DNA of 64,000 nucleotides, taken from contig OY970303.1 of assembly GCA_963716255.1 (NCBI GenBank), positions 4,064,001-4,128,000 of the forward strand. The letters run 5' to 3'. This document shows, in pieces, positions 48,295-57,556 of this stretch. The notes under the pieces are model-generated. The model saw only the letters and a program-made list of their open reading frames with translations, was not told where the DNA came from and made no database searches. Each line of letters opens with the position of its first letter. The stretch's first letter is position 1. The position numbers and the translations under genes were made by a program. The DNA is from an uncultured Gemmatimonadales bacterium (GTDB lineage: Bacteria; Gemmatimonadota; Gemmatimonadetes; Longimicrobiales; Longimicrobiaceae).

Positions 48295-51200
48295 CTAGCC
48301 GAGAATCGATTCGAAGAGTTGGCGCACCTGCTCCGGCGTGGCGTTCATCAGCCTCGAGGTCTCCTCTGCGACACCATCATCTCCGGAATCCTTCCAAAGA
48401 TTGGCCAGGGTTCGAAGCGCGATGCTGGCGTTGTGCTGTTCCTTGTAGGAGAGGAATATCTCCAGAGCTTGTAGAAGATCTGTCTGTGCCTGCTCCCACT
48501 GCCGCTGCGCCTGGGCCACCCTGCCGAGCTGGTGGTAGGTGGAAGCCTGCGAGTAGCGGTCTTTGAAACCGATCTTGATCTCCAGGGCCTGCCGGTAGTG
48601 CTGCTCGGCCTGCTCCCACTGCCGCTGCTCCTCGGCCACCCTGCCGAGCTGGTGGTAGGTGCCAGCCTGCTCGTAGCGGTCGTTGAACTCGATGTAGATC
48701 TCCAGGGCCTGCCGGTAGTGGTGCTCGGCCTGCTCCCACTGCCGCTGCTCCTGGGCCACCATGCCGAGCTGGTGGTAGGTGGAAGCCTGCGAGTGGCGGT
48801 CGTTGAACTCGATCTTGACCTCCAGGGCCTGCCGGTAGTACTGCTCGGCCTGCTCCCACTGCCGCTGCTCCTCGGCCACCCTGCCGAGCTGGTGGTAGGT
48901 GCCAGCCTGCTCGTAGCGGTCGTTGAACTCGATGTAGATCTCCAGGGCCTGCCGGTAGTGGTGCTCGGCCTGCTCCCACTGCCGCTGCTCCTGGGCCACC
49001 ATGCCGAGCTGGTGGTAGGTGGAAGCCTGCGAGTGGCGGTCGTTGAACTCGATCTTGACCTCCAGGGCCTGCCGGTAGTGCTGCTCGGCCTGCTCCCACT
49101 GCCGCTGCGCCTGGGCCACCATGCCGAGCTGGTGGTAGGTGGAAGCCTGCGAGTCGCGGTCTTTGAACTCGATCTTGACCTCCAGGGCGTGGCGGTAGTG
49201 CTGCTCGGCCTGCTCCCACTGCCGCTGCGCCTGGGCCACCATGCCGAGCTGGTGATAGATCGAAGCGCTTGCTTGCTTTCGGATTTCCGGGCTCAGGTGC
49301 TCGTTTTCTTGCCAGAGATCCAGTGTCTTCCTGTAAGTTTCTTCAGCCTCCGCATACCGCTTGAGGCGGAGCTGGCGCGAGGCGACATCATCCAGCACGC
49401 CAACGGATTCAAGGCCGACAACTCCAGACAAGATTTCGGATGGGTATTGGGCCAGGCTGGCCAGAATGGTTTCCCCAAGTGCAAGCCCACGAGAGTGCTC
49501 CTGCGCGGAATCGAAGTATTCCGAAAGTGCGGAATATGGTTTCAGGATGGACCGGTGTTGGTTGAGAGCAATGCCGAGCGCCTGGTACAGGTTCTCGAAC
49601 TCCAGCCCCGCGATCACACGTCCAGCGGTCTTCTCTCCGGCCGCTTTGGATGTCATCAAGGTGTAGATGACATCGCCATATCCGTCATAGGTCTGCTGGA
49701 ATGCTGAATCGACGGCGTCGCGTAGCTTGTCGTTCTCCGCTCCGAGGCGGTTCCGCAGGAAGTAGGGGAGTGCCGGTTGAAGCCGGAGAAAGCCGGGCAC
49801 CTCCGGGTAGGGGCTCATCAGGCCCCATGCTACGGCTTGGCGGATCACGTCGTCCCAGCGCTCGAACGGCAGGCCGCTCAGCGCATCCTGGCTCCGGAGC
49901 ACCTCCGAATACATCGGAAGGATCCGCGTATTGAGGACGGAGGTGAACGGTGCCAGGCAGGCGAGCAGTCCCTGGACGTCGGGGTCGAGGTTGCCATGCG
50001 AGTAGTCGATGCAGCGCAGGATGCTCCGCGTCTTCGACTCGGCGTCGCCGGTGTCCAGCGCCACGTCTCCCGCCTGCAGCGCCTCCAGGACCTGCACGGG
50101 TGTCTGCCTCGCCAGGTTGGCGAGCACCACCTCCATGGCGAGCGGGTACCCGGCCAGCAGCCTGAGCAGGCGGCGGTAGTCGTCGTCGCCGCGGTACCGC
50201 GCCGCGCCGTGCCGCTCCAGGATGCGGTCCGCCAGGACCGACGCGGCCTCCGGGTCCAGCCCCGGGAGGTCGTACGCGCTCTCGCCGAACGTGCCCGGGG
50301 CGAGCCACTCCTCCCCGCTGCGTGAGCCCAGCAGCACCAGCGTGCGCCCTCCCGCCAGGTCCGCCAGGAAGCGGCGCAGCGCCTCGCGCTCCTCCGGCGG
50401 GAGCGTGCTCCCGACCGCCAGGTTGGTCCCGGTGATCGACTCCAGGTTGTCCAGGATCAGCAGGTGCCGCTCCGCCCGGAGCCTGCGCACGAGCATGGCC
50501 TGCTGGGCGTCCATCTTCATGGGGACGAACACCCCGTGGAACTCCGCCGCGGGGAGGAGCTTCCCGGCAATGGCGTGCAGGAGCTGCTGGCGGGTCCAGG
50601 CCCGCTCGTCGTAGCCGAAGTAGAACACGCGGTCCACGAAGCGCGTGGCCTGCCACCAGCCGCCCAGGTGGTGCAGGAGCGTCGATTTTCCCGCGCCCCC
50701 CATCCCGCGCACCAGGAGCAGGTTGCGCCCCGAGAGCAGCCGCTTCTCGATGCGCAGCACGTCCAGGTCGCGGCCGACGAACCCGTACGCCGTGTCCGGC
50801 GGGGTGTAGCCGGCGGCTTCTCGCTCGTAGTATGCGGCCGCCTCCTCCGGCGTGAAGTCGCGCGTGCGGAGCTGGGGCGCCTGGTTCTCGTAGACCACGG
50901 GGAGGAGCCAGTCCTCCAGGTCGATCGTCTGGTTGAAGTAGACCCGCCGCCCCTTGCGGTCGTGCAGTTCCAGCCGCGCCAGCCGGATCGCGGTGGCGAG
51001 GTCCCGCCCCGCGAACAGGTGGCCGTACAGCTCGCGCATCATCATCTCCGCGGCGCTCACCGTCACCGAGTACCCCATCGCCAGCACCGTCTGCATCCCG
51101 GCCTGCATGAGCCGGCTCCCCAGGCTGGTCTCCGCCGAGCCCACCTGCTTGCCGGACTCGCACGCGTTCAGCACCGCGATGGGGACCCGGTGCGAGAGCA

Positions 51201-52071
51201 GCAGCGCGCTCAGCTCGGCCGCTTCCACCGGGTCCGCCTGCTCGTCGCGGTCGCCCTCCAGGAAGAGAAAGGCCCGCCTGCCCTCGTACGGCGCCAGGTC
51301 CTGCCTCCCGTCGCGCGCCTGGAAGACGTAGCGGTCGCCCCCCTCCGACTCGCCCAGCGCCCGCAGCTCCTCGTGGGTGAGGAGCGCCCCGTGCACGTCG
51401 AAGTGGACCACGTGGTAGTACCCGGCGCTCCCGGGGCCGCGGACGGACTCCAGGTGTTTGGAGAGGGCGCGGTACGTGCCGGGGCGGAGCACGTCCACCC
51501 GCACGGGGAGCCTCGCCTGCCGCAGCCCCTCCACCAGCGGGCGGGAGATGGTGCGGTATCCCACGTCGCGCTCCCCGTGGGGGCGGGCGGTGACGACCAG
51601 CAGGTTGATGGTGGGCGACGGCTCCGGGACCGCGCGGAGCGGGGGAGGCACGAGGTTCCTGCGCAGCACCGATGCGTCCAGCGCCAGCGGCCGCGGGAGC
51701 GACGGGTCCCGGAGCGATTCCCAGTGCAGGCGGTGGAACTCCGGCGATCCCGCGATCTCGAACCGGAGGGTGTGCGCCCCTCCCGCCTGGAGCGCCTCCC
51801 TGTAGTGGGCGTAGGCTTCGCGCTCGGCGAACACCTGCCCGAAGAGCGCTTTTCCGTACGCCGAGATGCTGTCGGCCGCCCTGCGAGCATCCACCTGACC
51901 GGTGAAGGGGAAGCGCAGGTGCTTCTCGAAGTACCACTCGAGCCGCGCTTCCTCCGCGGGGGAGAACGGGTCGGCGACGCGGGCCGCGTACTCGCCCTCG
52001 CCGTCGAAGCTCACGGTCGCGGAGTGGACCCCCTCCTCCGCGTCCACCTCTCGGATGGTGATCCGGGTCAC
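48295..52071 (-). CDS. CHAT (caspase-like) protease + STAND/NB-ARC-like P-loop NTPase + TPR array (NLR-like protein)
   Basis: Catalytic dyad 'VVHFDVHG' and 'VLNACESG'; Walker A 'GMGGAGKS'; Walker B 'LLILDNLE'; 'GYPLA'; ~7 40-aa TPRs 'ASTYHQLGMVAQ.QRQWEQAE..YRQALE'. Confidence 0.92.
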   Translation of the reverse strand: MTRITIREVDAEEGVHSATVSFDGEGEYAARVADPFSPAEEARLEWYFEKHLRFPFTGQVDARRAADSISAYGKALFGQVFAEREAYAHYREALQAGGAHTLRFEIAGSPEFHRLHWESLRDPSLPRPLALDASVLRRNLVPPPLRAVPEPSPTINLLVVTARPHGERDVGYRTISRPLVEGLRQARLPVRVDVLRPGTYRALSKHLESVRGPGSAGYYHVVHFDVHGALLTHEELRALGESEGGDRYVFQARDGRQDLAPYEGRRAFLFLEGDRDEQADPVEAAELSALLLSHRVPIAVLNACESGKQVGSAETSLGSRLMQAGMQTVLAMGYSVTVSAAEMMMRELYGHLFAGRDLATAIRLARLELHDRKGRRVYFNQTIDLEDWLLPVVYENQAPQLRTRDFTPEEAAAYYEREAAGYTPPDTAYGFVGRDLDVLRIEKRLLSGRNLLLVRGMGGAGKSTLLHHLGGWWQATRFVDRVFYFGYDERAWTRQQLLHAIAGKLLPAAEFHGVFVPMKMDAQQAMLVRRLRAERHLLILDNLESITGTNLAVGSTLPPEEREALRRFLADLAGGRTLVLLGSRSGEEWLAPGTFGESAYDLPGLDPEAASVLADRILERHGAARYRGDDDYRRLLRLLAGYPLAMEVVLANLARQTPVQVLEALQAGDVALDTGDAESKTRSILRCIDYSHGNLDPDVQGLLACLAPFTSVLNTRILPMYSEVLRSQDALSGLPFERWDDVIRQAVAWGLMSPYPEVPGFLRLQPALPYFLRNRLGAENDKLRDAVDSAFQQTYDGYGDVIYTLMTSKAAGEKTAGRVIAGLEFENLYQALGIALNQHRSILKPYSALSEYFDSAQEHSRGLALGETILASLAQYPSEILSGVVGLESVGVLDDVASRQLRLKRYAEAEETYRKTLDLWQENEHLSPEIRKQASASIYHQLGMVAQAQRQWEQAEQHYRHALEVKIEFKDRDSQASTYHQLGMVAQAQRQWEQAEQHYRQALEVKIEFNDRHSQASTYHQLGMVAQEQRQWEQAEHHYRQALEIYIEFNDRYEQAGTYHQLGRVAEEQRQWEQAEQYYRQALEVKIEFNDRHSQASTYHQLGMVAQEQRQWEQAEHHYRQALEIYIEFNDRYEQAGTYHQLGRVAEEQRQWEQAEQHYRQALEIKIGFKDRYSQASTYHQLGRVAQAQRQWEQAQTDLLQALEIFLSYKEQHNASIALRTLANLWKDSGDDGVAEETSRLMNATPEQVRQLFESILG
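48481..49260. repeat. Tandem 120-bp coding repeats (~6.5 units) with a 240-bp higher-order duplication
   Basis: Lines starting 48481, 48601, 48721, 48841, 48961, 49081 and 49201 align; 48601-48839 equals 48841-49079. Confidence 0.95.
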
Positions 52072-52074
52072 GGG

Positions 52075-52395
52075 CTACTCCTCGGTCGTGGTGACCACCA
52101 GGACCCGGGTCCCGTCGGGCCGGTGGATCTCCCGGACCTCGGTCGTCGTGCGCACGCCGCGGCGCGCGACCGCCGCCTTGATCAGGTCGTAGAGGGCGCT
52201 GCTGGCGAGGCTCAGCGCGACGTTGCCGAGCACGACCACGGCCCCCGCGGCGAGGGACGGATCGAAGCGCCTCTCGCCCGTGTGCTCCAGGCGCGCATCC
52301 GCCGCCTCGCGAGACGCGGGCGTGCCGTTCCATTCGCTCACGAGATCCGCGGCGGCCAGGCCCAGCTCCGGTGACAGGACAACCTGGTATTCCAT
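52075..52395 (-). CDS. Small partner protein of the CHAT-NTPase-TPR gene (106 aa, central hydrophobic helix)
   Basis: GGAGG RBS; 'MEYQVVLSPELGL...GAVVVLGNVALSLASSALYDLIK'; stop 3 nt before the CHAT gene start. Confidence 0.75.
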   Translation of the reverse strand: MEYQVVLSPELGLAAADLVSEWNGTPASREAADARLEHTGERRFDPSLAAGAVVVLGNVALSLASSALYDLIKAAVARRGVRTTTEVREIHRPDGTRVLVVTTTEE

Positions 52396-52567
52396 CGTTC
52401 CTCCCCGTGGTCGTCGGTGCGGTTCGTCCTCACGCAAAGGTGAGCGGCCTCCCATCCCGAAGCAAGCAATACGACAATCCACAGTGCGTCCGTGCCCCCC
52501 TGCGGCACGCCTCCTGCTTGTCCCACGGGCCCTGGACAAACCCTGCACTCACTGGCCGGAGGAAGCG

Positions 52568-53143
52568 ATGACGGCGAACGCGACGGAGCAGAACCGGGAC
52601 GACGAGGTCCCCACCGCGAAGAAGCTGGAGGACCTGTACGCGCTGGTGGACGGCATCGAGACCGCCATGTTCACCACCCGCCGCGCCGACGGGCACCTGG
52701 TGTCGCGCCCCATGGCGACGCAGCAGCGCACGGAAGGGGCGGACTTCTGGTTCGTCACCGACGTGGAGACCCACAAGCTGGACGAGCTGGAGAACGACCC
52801 GCACGTGAACCTGTCCTTTTACCGCGACCGCACGCGCGAGTGGGTGTCGGTGAGCGGCACCGCGCGCATCTCCCAGGACCGCGCGAAGATCCACGAGCTG
52901 TACGCCCCCGACTGGCGCGCCTGGTTCGGCGACGAGGGCGGCGAGCGCGACGGCGGCCCGGACGACCCGCGCTTCGCGCTGATCCTGGTGGAGGCGCACT
53001 CCGTGGTGTACGAGAAGACCGACCGCCCGCAGCCGATGGTGCTGTTCGAGCTGGCCAAGGCGATGGTGACGGGCACGCCGCCCGACGTCAGCGACCTGCG
53101 CCGGGTGGACGAGGGCGAGCTTCACTCCAACACCATGCACTGA
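52568..53143 (+). CDS. Pyridoxamine 5'-phosphate oxidase-like / general stress protein 26 family
   Basis: 'AMFTT...LVSRPM','FWFVT','PHVNLSF','WVSVSG.A','WFG...DP'; GGAGG RBS. Confidence 0.88.
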   Translation: MTANATEQNRDDEVPTAKKLEDLYALVDGIETAMFTTRRADGHLVSRPMATQQRTEGADFWFVTDVETHKLDELENDPHVNLSFYRDRTREWVSVSGTARISQDRAKIHELYAPDWRAWFGDEGGERDGGPDDPRFALILVEAHSVVYEKTDRPQPMVLFELAKAMVTGTPPDVSDLRRVDEGELHSNTMH

Positions 53144-53172
53144 GGCTTCAACTACCTGGAACAGCAGGCTTT

Positions 53173-53303
53173 GGGCGTGCCCCCGGCGGGGCGCCGGGGT
53201 CGGGCTTCGGCTCCGTAGGGCTGCAAACAACGCAGCCCAACGGAGTCGAGCCCGCGCAAACAGCCGCGCGGTCTCGCCCCTTCGGGCCGAAATCCCTCAC
53301 GCG
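53173..53303 (+). repeat. Structured dispersed repeat family A, copy 8
   Basis: Stem GGGCTGC-AAACAAC-GCAGCCC (as copy 3) with second hairpin as copy 2; 29 nt after the stop. Confidence 0.95.
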
Positions 53304-53329
53304 GGGCTCGCGCTGGCGTCCGCGGAAGG

Positions 53330-53567
53330 CCCCCTCCCCCCGGCCCCCTCCCCCGCAAGCGGGAGAGGGGGAGCACGGCACCGCGTCCGTAGTTGGCCCC
53401 CTCTCCCAGGATGGCGCTTCACGCTTCGCGTGAACCGGATGAAGGGAGAGGGTGGCGAGCCTCAAGCGAGTCGGGTGCGGGCCTCTACGACGACGCCCCC
53501 GCGGAAAGATCCGCGGGGGCGTCGTCCCGTAGTCCGTTCAGCCGTTGCAGGCTGTTCCCTGTTCCCT
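53330..53567. repeat. Two family B REP-like palindromes plus family C motif
   Basis: CCCCCTCCCCCCGGCCCCCTCCCCCGCAAGCGGGAGAGGGGGAG (same as 22671); CCCCTCTCCC...GGGAGAGGGTGGCGAG; GTTGCAGGCTGTTCCCTGTTCCCT 53544-53567. Confidence 0.85.
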
Positions 53568-55203
53568 ATCTCGTCCCTACCTGCGGGCGGTCGCTCGTGG
53601 CGGCGGCGATGCGGCGGGAGTCCTCCACCAGGCGGACGAACTCGCGGCGGTAGCCGTGCCGGTCCTCGCCCAGCGCGCCGCGGGCCAGGGCGAGCACCTG
53701 CTCGTGCGTGGCGTCGCCGCGGAACCGGGAGTCGCGCAGCAGCAGGCCCCACTCGGCCACGGCGGCGGCGAAGCGGAAGTCGGCGGAGGGGGCGGCTTCC
53801 GCGGGGCGGTCGCGCACCGGCTGCTCGATCAGGCGGCTGGCGCCGCCCTCGGGGGGCTGGTAGCGGAGCTTCACGTTCAGCAGCTCGCCGCGGGCGGCGG
53901 TCCGGGCGCCGGGGCGCGTTTCCTGGTAGCGGAGCGGGCCGGCGCCGCGCACGGGGGTGGGGGCGCCCACGGGGACCACCTCGTACAGCGCGGTCACGGA
54001 GTGCCCGGCGCCCAGCTCGCCCGCGTCCTTGGCGTCGTCCTCGAAGTCCTCCGCGGCGAGCAGGCGGTTCTCGTAGCCGATGAGGCGGTACGCCTTGACC
54101 TCCGCCGGGTTGAACTCCACCTGCACCTTGACGTCCTTCGCGATGGTCAGCAGGGTGCCGCCCATCTCGCTCACCAGGACCTTGCGCGCCTCCAGGAGGT
54201 TGTCGATGTAGGCGTAGTTGCCGTTCCCGCGGTCGGCGAGCTGCTCCATCTTGGCGTCCTTGAGGTTGCCCGTCCCGAAGCCCAGCACCGAAAGCGCGAT
54301 CCCGTCGGCCCGCTCCTGCTCGACCAGCCGGATCAGCTCGGCGTCGCTGGACGCGCCCACGTTGAAGTCGCCGTCCGTCGCCAGGATCACCCGGTTGTTG
54401 CCGCCCTGGCGGAAGCCCTCGCGCGCCACCGCGTAGGCGAGCCGGATCCCCTGGCCGCCCGCGGTGGAGCCGCCGGCCTCCAGGCGCTCCATCGCGTCCA
54501 GGATCGACGCGCGGTTCGCGCCGGACGTGGGGGGAAGCACCATCCCCGCGGCGCCGGCGTACACCACGATCGCCACGCGGTCCTCCTCGCGCAGGCCGTC
54601 CACCAGCATGCGCAGCGCGGACTTCACCAGCGGGAGCTTGTCGGGCGAGTTCATGGAGCCCGACACGTCCAGCAGGAACACCAGGTTCGCGGGCGGCATG
54701 TTCTCCAGCGCCACGCGCCGCCCCTGGAGCCCCACGTGCACCAGCCGGTGCACGGGGTTCCACGGCGCCGGGGCCACCTCGGTGGTCACGGAGAAGGGGT
54801 GCTCGCCCGCGGGCGACGGGTAGTCGTAGTCGAAGTAGTTGACCAGCTCCTCGATGCGCACCGCGTCCCTGGGCGGGAGGCGTCCCTCGGACAGGAAGCG
54901 GCGCACGTTGGCGTACGAGGCCGGGTCCACGTCGATCCCGAAGGTGGAGAGCGGGTGCAGGCCAGGATCCCGGAACTCGTTCTCCTCGATCAGCTTGTAC
55001 TCTTCGGTATTGAAGCCGCTGTCGGCCGGGACGCCGGCCGCCGGAGGCGGGGGCGCGGCCATGACCGGCACCAGCGGTGGCGGCGGCGGCGAGGGGAGCG
55101 GGGCGCCCGCGGCCCCGTTCCCGGAAAAGACGTCGGTGCGCGTCCCGCAGCCGTGGAGCACGGCGGCCAGCAGGAGCAGGGCGAGGCGGCGAGGCATCCT
55201 CAT
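53566..55203 (-). CDS. VWA-domain lipoprotein (YfbK-like: vWF_A, VWA, DUF3520)
   Basis: Lipobox 'LHGC'; 'STFGIDVD.ASY','NLVFLLDVSGSM' (MIDAS),'ATDGDFNVG','YRLIGYENR'. Confidence 0.92.
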   Translation of the reverse strand: MRMPRRLALLLLAAVLHGCGTRTDVFSGNGAAGAPLPSPPPPPLVPVMAAPPPPAAGVPADSGFNTEEYKLIEENEFRDPGLHPLSTFGIDVDPASYANVRRFLSEGRLPPRDAVRIEELVNYFDYDYPSPAGEHPFSVTTEVAPAPWNPVHRLVHVGLQGRRVALENMPPANLVFLLDVSGSMNSPDKLPLVKSALRMLVDGLREEDRVAIVVYAGAAGMVLPPTSGANRASILDAMERLEAGGSTAGGQGIRLAYAVAREGFRQGGNNRVILATDGDFNVGASSDAELIRLVEQERADGIALSVLGFGTGNLKDAKMEQLADRGNGNYAYIDNLLEARKVLVSEMGGTLLTIAKDVKVQVEFNPAEVKAYRLIGYENRLLAAEDFEDDAKDAGELGAGHSVTALYEVVPVGAPTPVRGAGPLRYQETRPGARTAARGELLNVKLRYQPPEGGASRLIEQPVRDRPAEAAPSADFRFAAAVAEWGLLLRDSRFRGDATHEQVLALARGALGEDRHGYRREFVRLVEDSRRIAAATSDRPQVGTR

Positions 55204-55476
55204 GCGGGTCCTCACGGACGGGGTTCGCGGCGGCCTTCGGGGGACGGGACTGCGGTGGGAAGGCAGGGCAGGCGGCGTACCGGGAAACACCCGTGCCGCC
55301 GCCGCCGCGTAAGCTGCCGGGGCGGCGGAGTTTCCGCCAGGGGGAGCGGGATCCGGGGCGCGGCCGCCGGCGTCCGGGCGGCGTTCAGTGAACCCCGGAG
55401 TGGACGTTCAGTGAACGCCCGGTGGGTCAGCCGGGCTCCTCCTCCCGCTCCGCGCGGCGGGCGCGGCGGATGGGTG

Positions 55477-55893
55477 TCAGGAGGCGGCCGGGGACGCCCC
55501 GCCCACCATGATGCCGCTGATCGCGGTGTACGCGTCGCTCCACGCCTGCTTCACCTCCGGCGTCCACTCGCTGCCCAGGTGGTCGGCAAACGTGTCGAGG
55601 AGGGCTCCGCCCACCATCGCGTAGTGCCCATCCGCCACCCCGTAGCCCGAGTGGCGCGCGCCCAGGCGCTGGAGGGCGCCGGTGAGCACGCCGGGGTTCT
55701 CCAGGTTCTCGATCACCAGCACCAGCGAGTCCATCAGCTTCTTGCGCTGCTCGGCCATGTCGGCGCCCGCGAAGAGCTGCCGGGTGCCGGGATGGGCGGC
55801 GAACAGGCGGTCGTAGAAGTCGGCGGCGAAGCGGTCCGCGTTGGGGCGGACCAGGGCGAAGCTGTCTTCCAGCAGCTCGACGTTCAGGGACAT
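55477..55893 (-). CDS. Single-domain globin (flavohaemoglobin-like M family)
   Basis: 'FYDRLF..HP...LF','QRKKLM','LGARH..YGV...HY..VG','W..AY'; GGAG RBS. Confidence 0.9.
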   Translation of the reverse strand: MSLNVELLEDSFALVRPNADRFAADFYDRLFAAHPGTRQLFAGADMAEQRKKLMDSLVLVIENLENPGVLTGALQRLGARHSGYGVADGHYAMVGGALLDTFADHLGSEWTPEVKQAWSDAYTAISGIMVGGASPAAS

Positions 55894-56089
55894 GCGGGTC
55901 TCCGGGGAAGGGGGGATGGACGCGTGCGGCGTCCCGACGTGGCGGGTATCGTACCGCCCGCCGCGGGGGAGCGGGGTCCGGGAGGTATTCCGGGAAGTCG
56001 ACAAACATTATACTATCGCCCTTCCACCCTGGCCACGGTTCGGGCCGCGGCCGCCCCGGCCCCCCTTCGCTCCCTCCGCGCTTCCCTCC

Positions 56090-57514
56090 ATGATCGCCCC
56101 CACCCGCCGGCCCTTCCGTCCCGCGACCCTGCTTTCCGCCCCCGGCGCCGCCCTCGCCGCGCTCGCGTCGGCCGTGGCGGTCCTCGCCGCCGTGTCGGGC
56201 GCGTGGGCCGGGGCCGTCCTCCCGCTGGCGATGCTGGCGGCCGTCCTCCGCGCCGCGGGAGGAGGGGGCGCCGGGAGGTGGGACGCGGCGGTGCTCCCGG
56301 CGGCGTTCGTCCTGGGGCGCTGGGTGGGGAGGGATTCCCCGGAGGGGTGGGCGATGCTGCCGCCGCTCCTGGAGGCGCTCGCGCTGGCCGCGGCCGTGGC
56401 CGGGGCGCGGCGGGCGGTCCGCCGCCCGGAGGCCCGGTTCCGGGAGATGGAGGAGGCCGTGCGGCGGCTGACGGGCGAGGACGGGACGGCGGAGCCGGCA
56501 CGCCTGGCGGGGGCGGCGCGGCGCCTGGAGGAGGAGATCGCCCGCGTGCTGCGCGAGGTGGACCACCAGGGCGGCGCCCTCGCCGTGCTCGCCCGCGAGC
56601 TTTCGGCCACGGCGGCGGAGGTGCAGGCGTCGGCGGCGCAGGTGGGGAGCGCCGCCGGGGAGGTAGCGGAGCAGGCAGAGAAGCAGGTGGAGCTGGTGGT
56701 CCGCGCGCGCACCACCATGGAAAAGGTGGCGGAGGGCAGCGGAGGGCTGCAGACGGAGGCGAGCGGCTTCCTGGAGCGCGCCCGGGGGCTGGCGCGGCGC
56801 GCGGACGCCCAGGCGGAGGAGGTGGAGCGCACCGGGACGCTGCTCCTGGAGGTGGGCGGCTCGTTCCGCGCCTCCGCCGGCTTCGTCGACGTGCTCCAGG
56901 GCGCGGGCGAGCAGATCGGCGGCTTCGTGGGGACGATCCGGGAGATCACCGAGCAGACCAACCTGCTGGCGCTGAACGCGGCCATCGAGGCGGCGCACGC
57001 CGGCGAGCACGGGCGGGGGTTCGGGGTGGTCGCGGAGGAGGTCCGCAAGCTCGCCCGGCAGTCCGCGGAGTCGGCGGGGTTCGTGGACGAGGCGGTGGCG
57101 AACACCCGCGGCGCGATCGCGGGCGTGCGCGAGCACCTGCGGGACGCCGCCGACCGCGTGGTGGGGGCGGGCGAGGTGGTGAGCGGGGGCCGGGCCGCGC
57201 TCTCCGCGATCATGGAGGGGGTGGAGGAGATGCTCCGTTTCGTGGAGCGGATCGCCGAGGGCGCGAAATCGCAGTCGCGCGCCATCGAGCGGCTGCAGCG
57301 CAGCCTGGTGGTGGTGGAGCAGATCTCCCACTTCTCGGTGGACCACATGCAGCAGAACGCGGCGGCGACGCGCGAGCAGGCAGCCTCCATGGCGCAGCTG
57401 GCCGCCGCCTGCGCCCGCCTCACCGACCTGGCCGGCGGCTTCGCGGGCACGGCGGAGCGCCTGCGGGCCGCCCGTGGCACCGGAGAGCCGGGTCCGGGGG
57501 CCGCCGCGGCCTGA
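56090..57514 (+). CDS. Methyl-accepting chemotaxis-like protein
   Basis: N-terminal TM segments; '[37 protein letters not shown]'. Confidence 0.85.
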   Translation: MIAPTRRPFRPATLLSAPGAALAALASAVAVLAAVSGAWAGAVLPLAMLAAVLRAAGGGGAGRWDAAVLPAAFVLGRWVGRDSPEGWAMLPPLLEALALAAAVAGARRAVRRPEARFREMEEAVRRLTGEDGTAEPARLAGAARRLEEEIARVLREVDHQGGALAVLARELSATAAEVQASAAQVGSAAGEVAEQAEKQVELVVRARTTMEKVAEGSGGLQTEASGFLERARGLARRADAQAEEVERTGTLLLEVGGSFRASAGFVDVLQGAGEQIGGFVGTIREITEQTNLLALNAAIEAAHAGEHGRGFGVVAEEVRKLARQSAESAGFVDEAVANTRGAIAGVREHLRDAADRVVGAGEVVSGGRAALSAIMEGVEEMLRFVERIAEGAKSQSRAIERLQRSLVVVEQISHFSVDHMQQNAAATREQAASMAQLAAACARLTDLAGGFAGTAERLRAARGTGEPGPGAAAA

Positions 57515-57556
57515 GCCCGACCGGACAACGCGGGGGGGCGGGACCCCGCCGCCGCC

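Noticed and set aside
48481..49260. 120-bp tandem repeat as CRISPR or a DGR template/variable repeat
   Set aside because: In-frame TPR coding repeats; no spacers, no reverse transcriptase, differences not adenine-specific.
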